Below, one piece after another: positions 31,839-41,937 of a stretch of 64,000 nt of DNA. The DNA is from Arcobacteraceae bacterium (lineage in GTDB: Bacteria; Campylobacterota; Campylobacteria; Campylobacterales; Arcobacteraceae), in assembly GCA_963662945.1 (NCBI GenBank), contig OY759974.1, positions 864,001 to 928,000 on the forward strand. The letters run 5' to 3'. The position numbers and the translations under genes are program-made. Each line of letters begins with the position of its first letter. Position 1 is the stretch's first letter. The notes under the pieces are model-generated. The model ran no database searches and was not told the DNA's origin. It saw only the letters and a program-made list of their open reading frames with translations.

Positions 31839-32833
31839 TGGCAACAATATCATATAAAGATGCTGGAGTTGATATAGATGCAGGAAATAGTTTTGTAGAA
31901 AACATAAAACCGTATGTAAAATCTACTATGATTCCAGGTGTACTTGGTGGAATTGGTTCATTTGCTGGTGCTTTTGAATTACCAAAAGGATATAAAGAAC
32001 CTGTTATTTTAGCTGGAACAGATGGAGTTGGTACAAAATTAAAACTTGCTATTGATAGTGGAAAGTTTGATACTGTTGGTATTGATCTTGTTGCTATGTG
32101 TTCAAATGATTTAATTTGTAACTTTGGTGAGCCATTATTTTTCTTAGATTATTATGCTACAGCAAAACTTGAAGTTGAAGAAGCTACACAAGTTGTTAAA
32201 GGTATAGCTGAAGGTTGTATAAGAAGTCAATGTGCATTAATTGGTGGGGAAACAGCAGAGATGCCTGGTATGTATAAAGAGGGTGATTTTGATCTTGCTG
32301 GTTTTTGTGTAGGAATTGCAGAAAAATCTGAAATGGATAGAGTATCACGTGTTCAAGCAGGTGATATTCTTATAGCTCTTCCAAGTTCTGGTGTTCATTC
32401 AAATGGATTTTCATTAGTGAGAAAACTATTATTAGAAAAACTAGGTATGAAGTTTGAAGATGATTTCAATGGAAAACCACTTATAGATACACTTCTTGAA
32501 CCAACAAGAATTTATGTTAAAGAATTTAAAGAAAATAAAGAAAATATCAATGCTTTAGCACATATTACAGGTGGAGGTATTGTTGAAAATTTACCAAGAG
32601 TTCTTCCTGATAATTTAAGAGCAAAAGTTGAAAGATCAAAAGTAAAAGTTTTACCAATTTTTGAACTTATGGGACAACATGTAGAAGAAGCTGAAATGTT
32701 CAGAGCTTTTAATATGGGTGTAGGAATGATTTTTGTTGTAAATCCTGCAAATGTTGATACTGTTTTAGAAAATACTGATGGATATGTGATAGGTCATATT
32801 GAAGCTGGAGAGAAAGGTTGTGATATAGTTTAA
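31838..32833 (+). CDS. purM: Phosphoribosylformylglycinamidine cyclo-ligase
   Basis: YKDAGVDIDAGN, DGVGTK, GGETAEMPG, HSNGFS, HITGGG. Confidence 0.97.
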   Translation: MATISYKDAGVDIDAGNSFVENIKPYVKSTMIPGVLGGIGSFAGAFELPKGYKEPVILAGTDGVGTKLKLAIDSGKFDTVGIDLVAMCSNDLICNFGEPLFFLDYYATAKLEVEEATQVVKGIAEGCIRSQCALIGGETAEMPGMYKEGDFDLAGFCVGIAEKSEMDRVSRVQAGDILIALPSSGVHSNGFSLVRKLLLEKLGMKFEDDFNGKPLIDTLLEPTRIYVKEFKENKENINALAHITGGGIVENLPRVLPDNLRAKVERSKVKVLPIFELMGQHVEEAEMFRAFNMGVGMIFVVNPANVDTVLENTDGYVIGHIEAGEKGCDIV

Positions 32834-32851
32834 TACTATTTCACTTCAATT

Positions 32852-32884
32852 AAAAAAGCCACTAAAAATTTAGTGGCTTTTTTT
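32852..32884. terminator. Bidirectional intrinsic terminator
   Basis: AAAAAAGCCACTAAA...TTTAGTGGCTTTTTT between convergent genes. Confidence 0.75.
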
Positions 32885-32886
32885 AT

Positions 32887-33489
32887 TTAGAATAATTTAT
32901 CTTTTAGATTATCATGAGCAACAGCTGGTTTCCCAGTCCATTGTTTAAAAATATCACAAGCAACTTTTGCACCTTCGCCATTTGCAATTGCAAACATTGT
33001 TTTTGCACCACTTGCTAATCCTACTACATACAAATTTTCTTCTATAATATTATTAGTATTTTTTAGACATACTTTGTTTGGTTTTAATACATCAGTATGT
33101 TCTTGTACTTGTACTAAATCACATTCTATATCAAATTTATGCATTCCAGTTGCCAATACAACAATTTTGGCTTCATAAGAAGTTGTAGGCGTTGTTACTA
33201 TAAAAACATTATCATTTTTTTCTATTTTTGTAACAGTATCACAAACTTTTGTACAACTTTTAAAATTTGCAAGTTGTGTTTCCATTTTTTTAATAAGAGA
33301 ATCTCCCCCTATTCCAAAATCTACCCCTGTTAGATTAAAAAAACTTGCTTTTGTAATATCACTATCTTCATTATCAAGCATAAGATATTTTTTATTCTGT
33401 GCCCAATCAAATTTATCTTCAACAGAGGCTAAAGTTAATGCACATCCATATCCTGCAGCTCCCCCTCCAACAATTAATACATCATACAT
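32887..33489 (-). CDS. FAD-dependent oxidoreductase (short thioredoxin-reductase-like)
   Basis: DVLIVGGGAAG, VVLATG, YVVG...AIANGEGA. Confidence 0.8.
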   Translation of the reverse strand: MYDVLIVGGGAAGYGCALTLASVEDKFDWAQNKKYLMLDNEDSDITKASFFNLTGVDFGIGGDSLIKKMETQLANFKSCTKVCDTVTKIEKNDNVFIVTTPTTSYEAKIVVLATGMHKFDIECDLVQVQEHTDVLKPNKVCLKNTNNIIEENLYVVGLASGAKTMFAIANGEGAKVACDIFKQWTGKPAVAHDNLKDKLF

Positions 33490-33588
33490 TTATAACTCCA
33501 TATCATTAATTTTTTTAGATAATATCAAAATTAATATAAATGGATTCTATTATGAAATAAATAGTTAAAATCTTAATCAAGGTTTAAG

Positions 33589-33605
33589 ATGATAATGGTT
33601 ATCAT
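33589..33605. promoter_or_regulatory. Fur box upstream of feoAB
   Basis: ATGATAATGGTTATCAT matches the 7-1-7 TGATAAT-N-ATTATCA consensus with one mismatch. Confidence 0.8.
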
Positions 33606-33634
33606 TTCTAAAATAACTTATTATGGAATAGAAT

Positions 33635-33862
33635 ATGAAATTATCTGATTTAAATATAAATCAAGAAGCTGTTGTTGACAGAATAGATTGTAATGATGAA
33701 TTAAAACAAAGGTTTTATTCATTTGGAATATTTAAAGGTTCAACAGTATTTGTAGAGAATATTAGTTTTGCTAGAAATACAATAGAAATAAATGTAGAGG
33801 ATACTTCAATAGCACTAAGAGTAGAAGAAGCAAATTCTATTGAAGTTACTCCAAAAGGATAA
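33635..33862 (+). CDS. feoA: Ferrous iron transport protein A
   Basis: SH3-like FeoA (RFYSFGI, IALR..EA), directly upstream of feoB. Confidence 0.9.
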   Translation: MKLSDLNINQEAVVDRIDCNDELKQRFYSFGIFKGSTVFVENISFARNTIEINVEDTSIALRVEEANSIEVTPKG

Positions 33863-33866
33863 ATAA

Positions 33867-35906
33867 ATGACACCTATGAAAATAGTTTTAGCGGGACAAC
33901 CTAATGTTGGAAAATCATCGCTAATAAATGCTATGTCTAACTCACGGTTAAAAGTGGGAAATTTTAGTGGTGTTACAGTTGAAAAAACACAAATTTGTTT
34001 TGAACATCACTGTCATCAAATAGAGATGATAGATTTGCCAGGAACATATTCTATCAATGGTTTTTCAACAGAAGAAAAAGTTGCAAAAAATTACCTTTTA
34101 GATAAAGACTATGATGTAATTATTAATGTAATTGATGCAACCCATTTAACAAGAAATTTACTTCTTACACTTGAACTGTTAAATCTCAATAAAAAAATGG
34201 TTATTGCTTTAAATATGTATGATGAAGCACAAAAAGAAGGGATACATATAGATGTAGAACAAATTGAAGCTCTCACAGGAATACCAACTGTTGCAGTAAG
34301 TGCAAATACAAAAGAAGGCATAGAAGAACTATTAGATATTGTACACACTTATTATGACAGTGAAACCAGAATTCCATCTAACATAAACTTTAGTGATGCC
34401 ATTGAAGAGGAACTGTATCATCTTACAAAGTTTTTTGAAGCAAAAAACTTTGAATATAAAGATTATACCAGTAGGGAAATGGCTATTAAAGTATTATTTG
34501 AAAATGAAAAATTTTATGCAAAAATTCATGATAAACCAATATTTGCACAATTACAACCAATTCTTCTTATAGCAAGCGAAAAAATATATACCTACTATGA
34601 GACAGAAGATATCAATGAAATTCAAACTACCGAGTTTCATTCTATAGCCCATGGTATAAAATCAGAAACAGTTAAAAGGGATGATGCAAGACTTCCAAAA
34701 CAATTTACAAAAAAAATTGATAATATCCTTATAAATAAATATTTGGGTGTTCCTATATTTTTATTTTTTATGTGGGGACTATTTCAGCTTACTTTTGAAC
34801 TTGGTGCTATTCCTATGGATTATATTGATGCAGCCTTTGCATGGCTTGGTGAAGCTGTGGGAAGTACAATAACACACGAAGGATTGCGTTCTTTAATAGT
34901 TGATGGTATTATAGCTGGAGTTGGTGCTGTTGTTTTATTTTTACCCAATATTATTATTTTGTATATAGGTATTGCACTTCTTGAAACAACTGGTTATATG
35001 AGTAGAGTTGCTTTTTTACTTGATGGTTTTTTTCACAAATTTGGTCTGCATGGAAAAAGTTTTATCCCTCTTGTAACTGGATTTGGATGTAGTGTACCTG
35101 CCTATATGGCTACAAGAACACTTAAAAACGAAAAAGATAGATTAATTACTCTTTTTATTATAGGTTTTATGAGTTGTGGAGCAAAACTTCCTGTATATGT
35201 ACTGTTCGCTGGAGCATTTTTTAGTCAAGAACAAGCTGGGAATGTATTATTTTACATCTACATAGCAGGAGCAATTTTAGGACTTGTGATGGCAAAAGCA
35301 TTAAGAGTATTTGTATTTAAAGGGGAAGATGAACCATTTGTGATGGAGATGCCAAAATATAGGTTACCAACTATGAAACTTATTTATATGATAGTATCTC
35401 AAAAAGCTTGGTCATACTTAAAAAAAGCAGGAACATTTATCCTTGCAGCAACTATTTTAATTTGGTTTGCTTCTAATTATCCAAAAGTAGAAAGTGATAA
35501 TTCAGCTGTTCAATTAGAGAATAGCTATCTTGGACAAATCGGGAAAATAAGTGAGCCATTTTTTGCACCACTTGGATTTGATTGGAAACTCTCAGTTGCA
35601 CTTGAAACGGGACTTGCTGCAAAAGAAGTTGTTGTAGCAACACTTGGAATTCTCTATAATGTTGGTGAAGATGTCACGGAAGATGATGATAGACTATTAG
35701 CAGAATTAAAAAAACAAATTCCATTTGCAACAGCGATTGCTTTTATCGTTTTTGTAATGATTTATTTACCTTGTTTTGCTGCTTCAATGGTATTTGCTAA
35801 AGAAGCTGGAGGATATAAATACCTTGGATATCTGTTTATATTTACAACAACTGTAGCTTGGATCATGAGTTTTATAGCTTATAATATAACTATTGCATTA
35901 ACATAG
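33867..35906 (+). CDS. feoB: Ferrous iron transport protein B
   Basis: GQPNVGKS, VGNFSGVTVEK, DLPGTYS, GFGCSVPA, gate domains. Confidence 0.96.
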   Translation: MTPMKIVLAGQPNVGKSSLINAMSNSRLKVGNFSGVTVEKTQICFEHHCHQIEMIDLPGTYSINGFSTEEKVAKNYLLDKDYDVIINVIDATHLTRNLLLTLELLNLNKKMVIALNMYDEAQKEGIHIDVEQIEALTGIPTVAVSANTKEGIEELLDIVHTYYDSETRIPSNINFSDAIEEELYHLTKFFEAKNFEYKDYTSREMAIKVLFENEKFYAKIHDKPIFAQLQPILLIASEKIYTYYETEDINEIQTTEFHSIAHGIKSETVKRDDARLPKQFTKKIDNILINKYLGVPIFLFFMWGLFQLTFELGAIPMDYIDAAFAWLGEAVGSTITHEGLRSLIVDGIIAGVGAVVLFLPNIIILYIGIALLETTGYMSRVAFLLDGFFHKFGLHGKSFIPLVTGFGCSVPAYMATRTLKNEKDRLITLFIIGFMSCGAKLPVYVLFAGAFFSQEQAGNVLFYIYIAGAILGLVMAKALRVFVFKGEDEPFVMEMPKYRLPTMKLIYMIVSQKAWSYLKKAGTFILAATILIWFASNYPKVESDNSAVQLENSYLGQIGKISEPFFAPLGFDWKLSVALETGLAAKEVVVATLGILYNVGEDVTEDDDRLLAELKKQIPFATAIAFIVFVMIYLPCFAASMVFAKEAGGYKYLGYLFIFTTTVAWIMSFIAYNITIALT

Positions 35907-35911
35907 TTGAT

Positions 35912-36211
35912 ATGTTTCTTATAATCCCAGCTATTGTAATATTCCTTGCTTTTTCATACTTACATTTAAATGAAAATGTAAGTATGTTTGTAGAAATTTC
36001 TATTTATATCTTTATAATAAGTGTCATTTCATTCTCTCTTTATATCTATAAGGCAATACGAAAAAACCTTAAACAACAAGAGTTGAATAAGATTTTATTA
36101 GAAATACATCAACTTGAACAAAAACTAAAACTTACTACTCTAGAAAATGAAAAAGAAACTATTAATCTACAAATTAAAAAATTGCAAGAAGAATCAAAAA
36201 CTTTTTTCTAA
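35912..36211 (+). CDS. Hypothetical membrane/coiled-coil protein
   Basis: 99 aa, 2 TM followed by a coiled coil. Confidence 0.6.
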   Translation: MFLIIPAIVIFLAFSYLHLNENVSMFVEISIYIFIISVISFSLYIYKAIRKNLKQQELNKILLEIHQLEQKLKLTTLENEKETINLQIKKLQEESKTFF

Positions 36212-36778
36212 ATTTGTAGAAACAAACTCCCAATTTATAAGCTTCCAAAAATTTTCCAAATATTCTGCTCTAGCATTTTTATAATCTAAATAATAAGCAT
36301 GCTCCCAAACATCACAAACCATTAATGGGACCAATCCTGATACAATTGGTGTATCTGCATTTGATGTTGTAACAATTGTTAATTTTAGATTTTTATCTAA
36401 ACATAACCAAACCCAACCAGACCCAAACAAACCTATTGCTTTTTCAATAAAAGCTTTTTTTAATTCGTCTTCTGAACCAAATTGTTCATTAATTTTTGAT
36501 GTCAAATATGTTGATTGATTTCTTTGTGTATTTGATAAACTATTCCAAAAAAAATCGTGATTATATACTTGGGCAGCATTATTAAAAATTGCACCATCGG
36601 CACTTTGAATAATTTCTATAAGAGTTTTTGGTTCAAAAATTGTCTCTTTTATGAGAGAATTTAATTTAGCAACATATCCAGCATGATGTTTATCATAATG
36701 ATAATGTAAAGTCTCTTCCGAAATCATTGGCGCCAACGCATCATAACCATAAGGTAATTTCATTAATACATGTTCCAT
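36194..36778 (-). CDS. sodB: Fe superoxide dismutase
   Basis: HYDKHH, FNNAAQVYNH, FGSGW, DVWEHAYY. Confidence 0.93.
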   Translation of the reverse strand: MEHVLMKLPYGYDALAPMISEETLHYHYDKHHAGYVAKLNSLIKETIFEPKTLIEIIQSADGAIFNNAAQVYNHDFFWNSLSNTQRNQSTYLTSKINEQFGSEDELKKAFIEKAIGLFGSGWVWLCLDKNLKLTIVTTSNADTPIVSGLVPLMVCDVWEHAYYLDYKNARAEYLENFWKLINWEFVSTNLEKSF

Positions 36779-36897
36779 AATTTTCTCCTTCGATTAATTA
36801 TTTATTATTGTAAATGGTTGCAAAAATGGACTTAAGAAGTAATGAATATTTTGATGTAATGTATTGTTTACAAGTATTGAAAAATATAAAAGAATAA

Positions 36898-36973
36898 TGG
36901 AGCTTCAAATAGGACTTGAACCTACGACCTGCTGATTACAAATCAGCTGCTCTACCAACTGAGCTATTGAAGC
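36898..36973 (-). tRNA. tRNA-Thr(TGT)
   Basis: Cloverleaf GCTTCAA...CTGATTTGTAATCAG...GGTTCAAGTCC...CCA. Confidence 0.95.
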
Positions 36974-37005
36974 AATAATAATGAAATCAAGATTTGATTT
37001 TTAAG

Positions 37006-37082
37006 TGGAGCGGGAGACGAGACTCGAACTCGCGACAATCTGCTTGGAAGGCAGAGGCTCTAGCCAACTGAGCTACTCCCGC
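37006..37082 (-). tRNA. tRNA-Gly(TCC)
   Basis: GCGGGAG...CTGCCTTCCAAGCAG...TTCGAG...CCA. Confidence 0.95.
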
Positions 37083-37127
37083 TTAAAAAAAGTTGTACAA
37101 ACATTTTAACACACTAAAGCTTAAAAG

Positions 37128-37204
37128 TGGTGGGTTCAGAAGGACTCGAACCTTCGACCACTCGGTTATGAGCCGAGTGCTCTAACCAGCTGAGCTATGA
37201 ACCC
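37128..37204 (-). tRNA. tRNA with CAT anticodon, most likely tRNA-Ile2 (elongator Met not excluded)
   Basis: GGGTTCA...CTCGGCTCATAACCGAG...CCA; the CGGCTCATAACCG arm is typical of Ile2. Confidence 0.88.
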
Positions 37205-37292
37205 TTTTTGCTGTAAGCCGTGCTTGTTTGTGGACGAAATTATAGTGATATTTTTATTAAAATTCACTTAAATTTATAGCAAATCCAAAAAA

Positions 37293-38560
37293 TTATATTT
37301 TTACTACAATTGTACTGTATGGATTATAAAGGACATTGGCTTTTGTTTGTATTTTTACATTTCTTCTTTGAGTATAGTCCACACTAAAAGTACCTCCACT
37401 ATCAAGGGAAAATCTTGCACAAATTTTTGCTGCTTCTTGAATAATATTTTCAGGAATTGATTTTTTGTTAGAAGAGACAATCACATGAGATGATGGCATA
37501 CCTTGAAGATGAAACCAAAAATCACTTGCTTTACTATTTTCTAACAAATAAATATTTTCTCTTTCATCTCTTCCAAGCATAATTTTATATCCATCAATAA
37601 AAAAAGACTGATATGGATTTTGCTTTTTTGTTTTAATTTGATTTTTATCTTTTCTAGGAAAATAAAATTCTATTTCATCAATTGTTTGACAATTTTCAAC
37701 CGTATTTACTAATCTGTTATAAAAATCTAATTTTTGTGATAAATTCAACTGTTCTATATATTGATTTTTTGCTTTTGCTTTTGCTTTTTTTGAATCTCTA
37801 AACAAATCATTAGATTTTTTTAAATTTACACTCTTTTCATATCCACTTTTTAAATAAAGATTTGCAACTATATTTGTAGCTTCTTGATTTAAGATTTCTG
37901 CATTTTGCTCAAGGCTTTCAACATCTTCCAAATTATCAACAATTTTTTTAATTTTTTTCATCTGTTTTTGTAATTGATTGATTTTTGTTTTTTTGTATTT
38001 TCTAGTTCTTTTGATATTTTTTGAGTATATACACCTAATAAATATTCTTCTATATTCGTAACAGTATTAGTTTCATAAGTAAAATTTGGCTTCTTTAATG
38101 TATCTAACTTATTACCAACTTTTACAATTCTTGTTGAAGTCCACTCATCAATGTGTCTCAAAGCTTCTAAAACAACATCTTCTGTATCTAAAATAATTAT
38201 ATTTGTATTTTTACCTGTAAATTCCAATTGTAAGATAGTAGTTTGTTCTTTATAAGAAGATTTGCTTTTTGTTACAATATTTAATACTTTATCATCATCT
38301 CTTAAATATACTTTTTCTATTCGTGAATTATTGAATCTTTTTTGTAAAACAATATCAAAAGGTGCTGTAAAAATTTTTTTATTTATATCTTTTTCATTTT
38401 TCATAAATGCAGTTGCATTTCCTTTTGTCATATCAAAATAAATTGTTTTTCTATCATTAAATTCAATTTTTATTGTGTTATTCTCTACTCGTTTTATGTG
38501 ATTAATTGTTGTAAAAGTGCCAAGATATTGGGCTATTTGTTTTAATATGTAATATTTCAT
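37293..38560 (-). pseudogene. rqcH: NFACT/RqcH (FbpA-like) ribosome quality control protein, split by a -1 frameshift near 37985
   Basis: N-half LEFTGKNTNIIILD, C-half LGRDEREN..FWFHL..PSSHV. Adding one A to the A5 run (CAAAAAT on the minus strand) gives the continuous KQKINQLQKQMKKI. Confidence 0.8.
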
Positions 38561-38647
38561 TTTTAAATCATAACATATTTTAGAAAAATTTTATATTTTT
38601 TTTATATATATCTGATATACTTATACAAATTAAAACTAGGAGATGAA

Positions 38648-38971
38648 ATGAATAAATTACTTAAGTTAGCATTAGTAGGTGCGATAACATTAGGTTTAAG
38701 CGCTACAGTTGCTTCTGCAAACGTTGCTAAAGGACAAAAACTTTACTCTAAAAAGCTTAAAAAAGCTTGTGGATTTACAGGAGCTAAAATGGCTTCTAAG
38801 CATACACAAGGTGAGTGGGAAGCTATTAACGGTAAAGGTGAACTAGCAAAAGAGATTAAAACTATTTGTCCTGCAGCATCTGATGATGATGTTCAAGAAA
38901 AATACATACCTCATTACTATGACTTTTTCTACGAATATGCAAGTGATTCAGGAAATGTTCCTTCTTGTTAA
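38648..38971 (+). CDS. Periplasmic cytochrome-c-like protein without canonical CxxCH
   Basis: Signal peptide, KGQKLY..KLKKACG...KHTQ.EW, C-terminal YASDSGNVPSC. Confidence 0.7.
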   Translation: MNKLLKLALVGAITLGLSATVASANVAKGQKLYSKKLKKACGFTGAKMASKHTQGEWEAINGKGELAKEIKTICPAASDDDVQEKYIPHYYDFFYEYASDSGNVPSC

Positions 38972-38986
38972 TCAAGAGTTACAACT

Positions 38987-39019
38987 AAAAAAGGTTAGCT
39001 AATTAGCTAACCTTTTTTT
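38987..39019. terminator. Bidirectional intrinsic terminator
   Basis: AAAAAAGGTTAGCTAATTAGCTAACCTTTTTT. Confidence 0.75.
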
Positions 39020-39043
39020 ATACTTACTATACAGATGATTATA

Positions 39044-40003
39044 TTAAATAATTAATAATCCCAAAGTAAATAAAATCTGTACAACAAAAACAATACTTGC
39101 TATTTTTAAAGCTAATTTTCCATCACTTTTAATACTATTAAAATGTATTTTTAATCCAACTGCACTCATTGCAACTAAAAGTAAAATATGTGAAGCTGAT
39201 GCGATTAAATGTTTAATTGTATCATTAACAAGACCGAAAGAACTTATAAGTGAGAAAACAATAAATGCTATGATAAAGCCAGGAACACTTGCACCTTTTG
39301 TATTTTCATCACTACTTTTTCTATGAAATAAATAAATAAGAATAAATACTAAAGGAGTCAGTAATAAAATTCTACCCATCTTTACAGCTGTTGCACTTAC
39401 TCCTGCTGTATCACTTATACTAAATCCTCCTGCTGTTACTTGTCCTACTGCTTGCAGGGTATTTCCTACTAATATCCCAGCATCTATTTCATTCAATCCA
39501 AAACTTATAGCAATAAAAGGGACTAAAAAAATACCTACTGTTCCCAAAAGATTTACAATTGCAACAGAGATTCCTATAAAATGTTTATCTGCTTTGATAA
39601 TTGGAGCCGTTGCACTAATAGCACTACTTCCACATACTCCATTTCCTATTCCCAATAATAAAGCTAATTTAACATCTATTTTATAATATCTTCCAATCAA
39701 AACTGCACTATAAATTGTTACAATCATACCAAGAATTATTATAACTAATGTTTTAAATCCAAGTGATGACAAAATATTAAAATCAAGATTAATTCCCATT
39801 AATCCTATAGAATATCCTAAAAGTGTTTTTTCTGCATATGTAATACCACTATTGTAACTCTCATTAAATTTAACCACATTTCCAACTATTATTCCTAATA
39901 TAATTGCAATAGCAACTGAACCTATTAAAATAAATTTTGCTAAAAAAAATGCAACTACACTTACTCCTATTGCGACACCTAAACCCTTAATATATTTACT
40001 CAT
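39044..40003 (-). CDS. YeiH/PSE-family putative sulfate exporter
   Basis: AIILGI, GNGVCGSSAISATAP, QAVGQV, VKMGR; about 10 TM. Confidence 0.85.
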   Translation of the reverse strand: MSKYIKGLGVAIGVSVVAFFLAKFILIGSVAIAIILGIIVGNVVKFNESYNSGITYAEKTLLGYSIGLMGINLDFNILSSLGFKTLVIIILGMIVTIYSAVLIGRYYKIDVKLALLLGIGNGVCGSSAISATAPIIKADKHFIGISVAIVNLLGTVGIFLVPFIAISFGLNEIDAGILVGNTLQAVGQVTAGGFSISDTAGVSATAVKMGRILLLTPLVFILIYLFHRKSSDENTKGASVPGFIIAFIVFSLISSFGLVNDTIKHLIASASHILLLVAMSAVGLKIHFNSIKSDGKLALKIASIVFVVQILFTLGLLII

Positions 40004-40013
40004 TATTCTCTTC

Positions 40014-41087
40014 TTAAATTTTAAATTTTTTATCTAAATCTTCTACAATAGAAGAATCTATCTTATTTTCCATTGCTTCTTTTTTCAATATTTCAATTGC
40101 TTCTTCATGACTAAATGCTTTTCTATAAACTTTTTCTTCTAATAATGCTTGATATATAACTAATACAGCTAATAATCTCTCTTTTAAACTTAAATTTGCA
40201 GCATCTAATTCATAAGGAGTTCCTGTCCCATCTAATCTTTCATTATATGTTGAACAGAGTTTAGCAATATCATCAAAACCAAAAACAGAAGATAAAATAG
40301 AATATGAAAAATAAGGAATTGACTTAACCATATCAATTTCTTCTTTTGTTAAAATATTACTTTTAAAATAGATCTCTTTAGGTAAAAACAGTTTTCCTAT
40401 AGCATGTAAATTAGAAGATATTATCATTCTTGATGTATCTTTATTATCTAAATTATACACTTGACACATTGCTGTGCATTTTATACCAATACTATTTGCA
40501 TTTTTATTATTTGTATAAGCATAGATTGTTTCATTAATAATTTCTGATAACTTTATCAATTGTGTATACTCAATCTCTATAGTAAAATCTTGTAAAAAAT
40601 TATATACATAATATGGCAATTGACATTCATTAATCAAATCCAACCAAAATGTCATATCATTACTTAAATCACTAAAACTCTCTTTTAAATCTTCACCAAA
40701 AGTATTGCTACTTAATATCTGTGATATTAAAGCCTCTTTATTTTTAATAATATTATGTTCAATCTCAATATTATTTTCAATAAAAATACTTAATTCTAAA
40801 ATATGTTTTATACTTTTATCACTATAGATAGTGTTTTCAATAAAAGGCATTTCTTTTAAGTGTTCGATAGGAATATCCAATCTATATAATAATGAATAAG
40901 AACAAAGATCAGAAAAATGTTCAGCTGTAAAGTGCGTATAACTTGATAATCTTAAAGCAATATATGAAATTCTTTTTGAATTAAAAATTACACCATATTT
41001 ATTTTTCTCAAATACTTTATCAAAAGCACCACTAAAACCCATTAAAAAATTATTAAAATTAAATTTAACATGAGTCATTTTATCCAT
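40014..41087 (-). CDS. Degenerate HD-GYP-domain protein
   Basis: LHAIGK (for HDIGK), YNERLDGTGTP (for HHE..DG.GYP), YQAL..YRKAFS. Confidence 0.75.
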   Translation of the reverse strand: MDKMTHVKFNFNNFLMGFSGAFDKVFEKNKYGVIFNSKRISYIALRLSSYTHFTAEHFSDLCSYSLLYRLDIPIEHLKEMPFIENTIYSDKSIKHILELSIFIENNIEIEHNIIKNKEALISQILSSNTFGEDLKESFSDLSNDMTFWLDLINECQLPYYVYNFLQDFTIEIEYTQLIKLSEIINETIYAYTNNKNANSIGIKCTAMCQVYNLDNKDTSRMIISSNLHAIGKLFLPKEIYFKSNILTKEEIDMVKSIPYFSYSILSSVFGFDDIAKLCSTYNERLDGTGTPYELDAANLSLKERLLAVLVIYQALLEEKVYRKAFSHEEAIEILKKEAMENKIDSSIVEDLDKKFKI

Positions 41088-41529
41088 TGCATTCCTTCAG
41101 ACATTCAATGTCATAATCTTTTTTTATCATCCCTGATGATACAACTTTTGCAAAAATACCTCGATCAGTTTTTAATAAAGCAGGTACTCTTTTGTCTATT
41201 TTAGATAAATGATTACAAATTGTGCAATTCTGTGTTATCTCTAAAACAACTTCACCTATTTTTAACTGCATACCCACTTTTAAAAGAGATAAACTAAAAT
41301 CAATAAGAATATTCTCACCCAAATCACCGTAATCTATATCAATTCCCTGCTCTCTTACGATATCATAAGATTGCGTTGAAGTAATTAAAATTGATCTAAC
41401 TTTATCTTTACCATAAAACTTATCAATAAATACACCATCTTCATCAACTGCTAATTCTGTCTGGTTTATTCTACCATCATACTTCTCTTTTGAAATGAAC
41501 AAGTCCACTATTTTACCTAAAAAAATCAT
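41080..41529 (-). CDS. MOSC-domain protein
   Basis: LGENI, LKIGEVVLEITQNCTICNH, RGIFAKV. Confidence 0.85.
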   Translation of the reverse strand: MIFLGKIVDLFISKEKYDGRINQTELAVDEDGVFIDKFYGKDKVRSILITSTQSYDIVREQGIDIDYGDLGENILIDFSLSLLKVGMQLKIGEVVLEITQNCTICNHLSKIDKRVPALLKTDRGIFAKVVSSGMIKKDYDIECLKECNG

Positions 41530-41850
41530 AACTTAACCTTTAATTATATTTATTATTATAACTATTTATTATAATATTATATCATAATAAAATAGTAATT
41601 TCAATAGTTACTTCCAATTATTTTTTTTATTTATGTTACTCTTTTACCCAAAATTTTAAAAAAAATTTATTTGATAATTATCTATTATAATTCTCATTTA
41701 AACTACTAATAACACTAGAAAATAAGGCTTTTATGGCTATTATTTTTCTTTGTAACCTTAGTTTAAAATTAAATAATCAATAATAACTTATAATAAATAT
41801 TTGTTCATTTAATATGAAAATTATTTTTTACAAATTTCACTATATCTTAC

Positions 41851-41880
41851 TTGACTTTTGAAGTTGTATTTCTATATAAT
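41851..41880 (+). promoter_or_regulatory. Putative sigma70 promoter of soxCD
   Basis: TTGACT-N18-TATAAT. Confidence 0.6.
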
Positions 41881-41937
41881 TTGTAGTTTTGGTATGAAAA
41901 ATGCCTAATCAATACAATTTTAAAAAGGAGAATGTTA

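Noticed and set aside
36898-37204. tRNA cluster as an island or prophage attachment site
   Set aside because: No integrase and no duplicated tRNA 3' end seen; the flanks are housekeeping genes.
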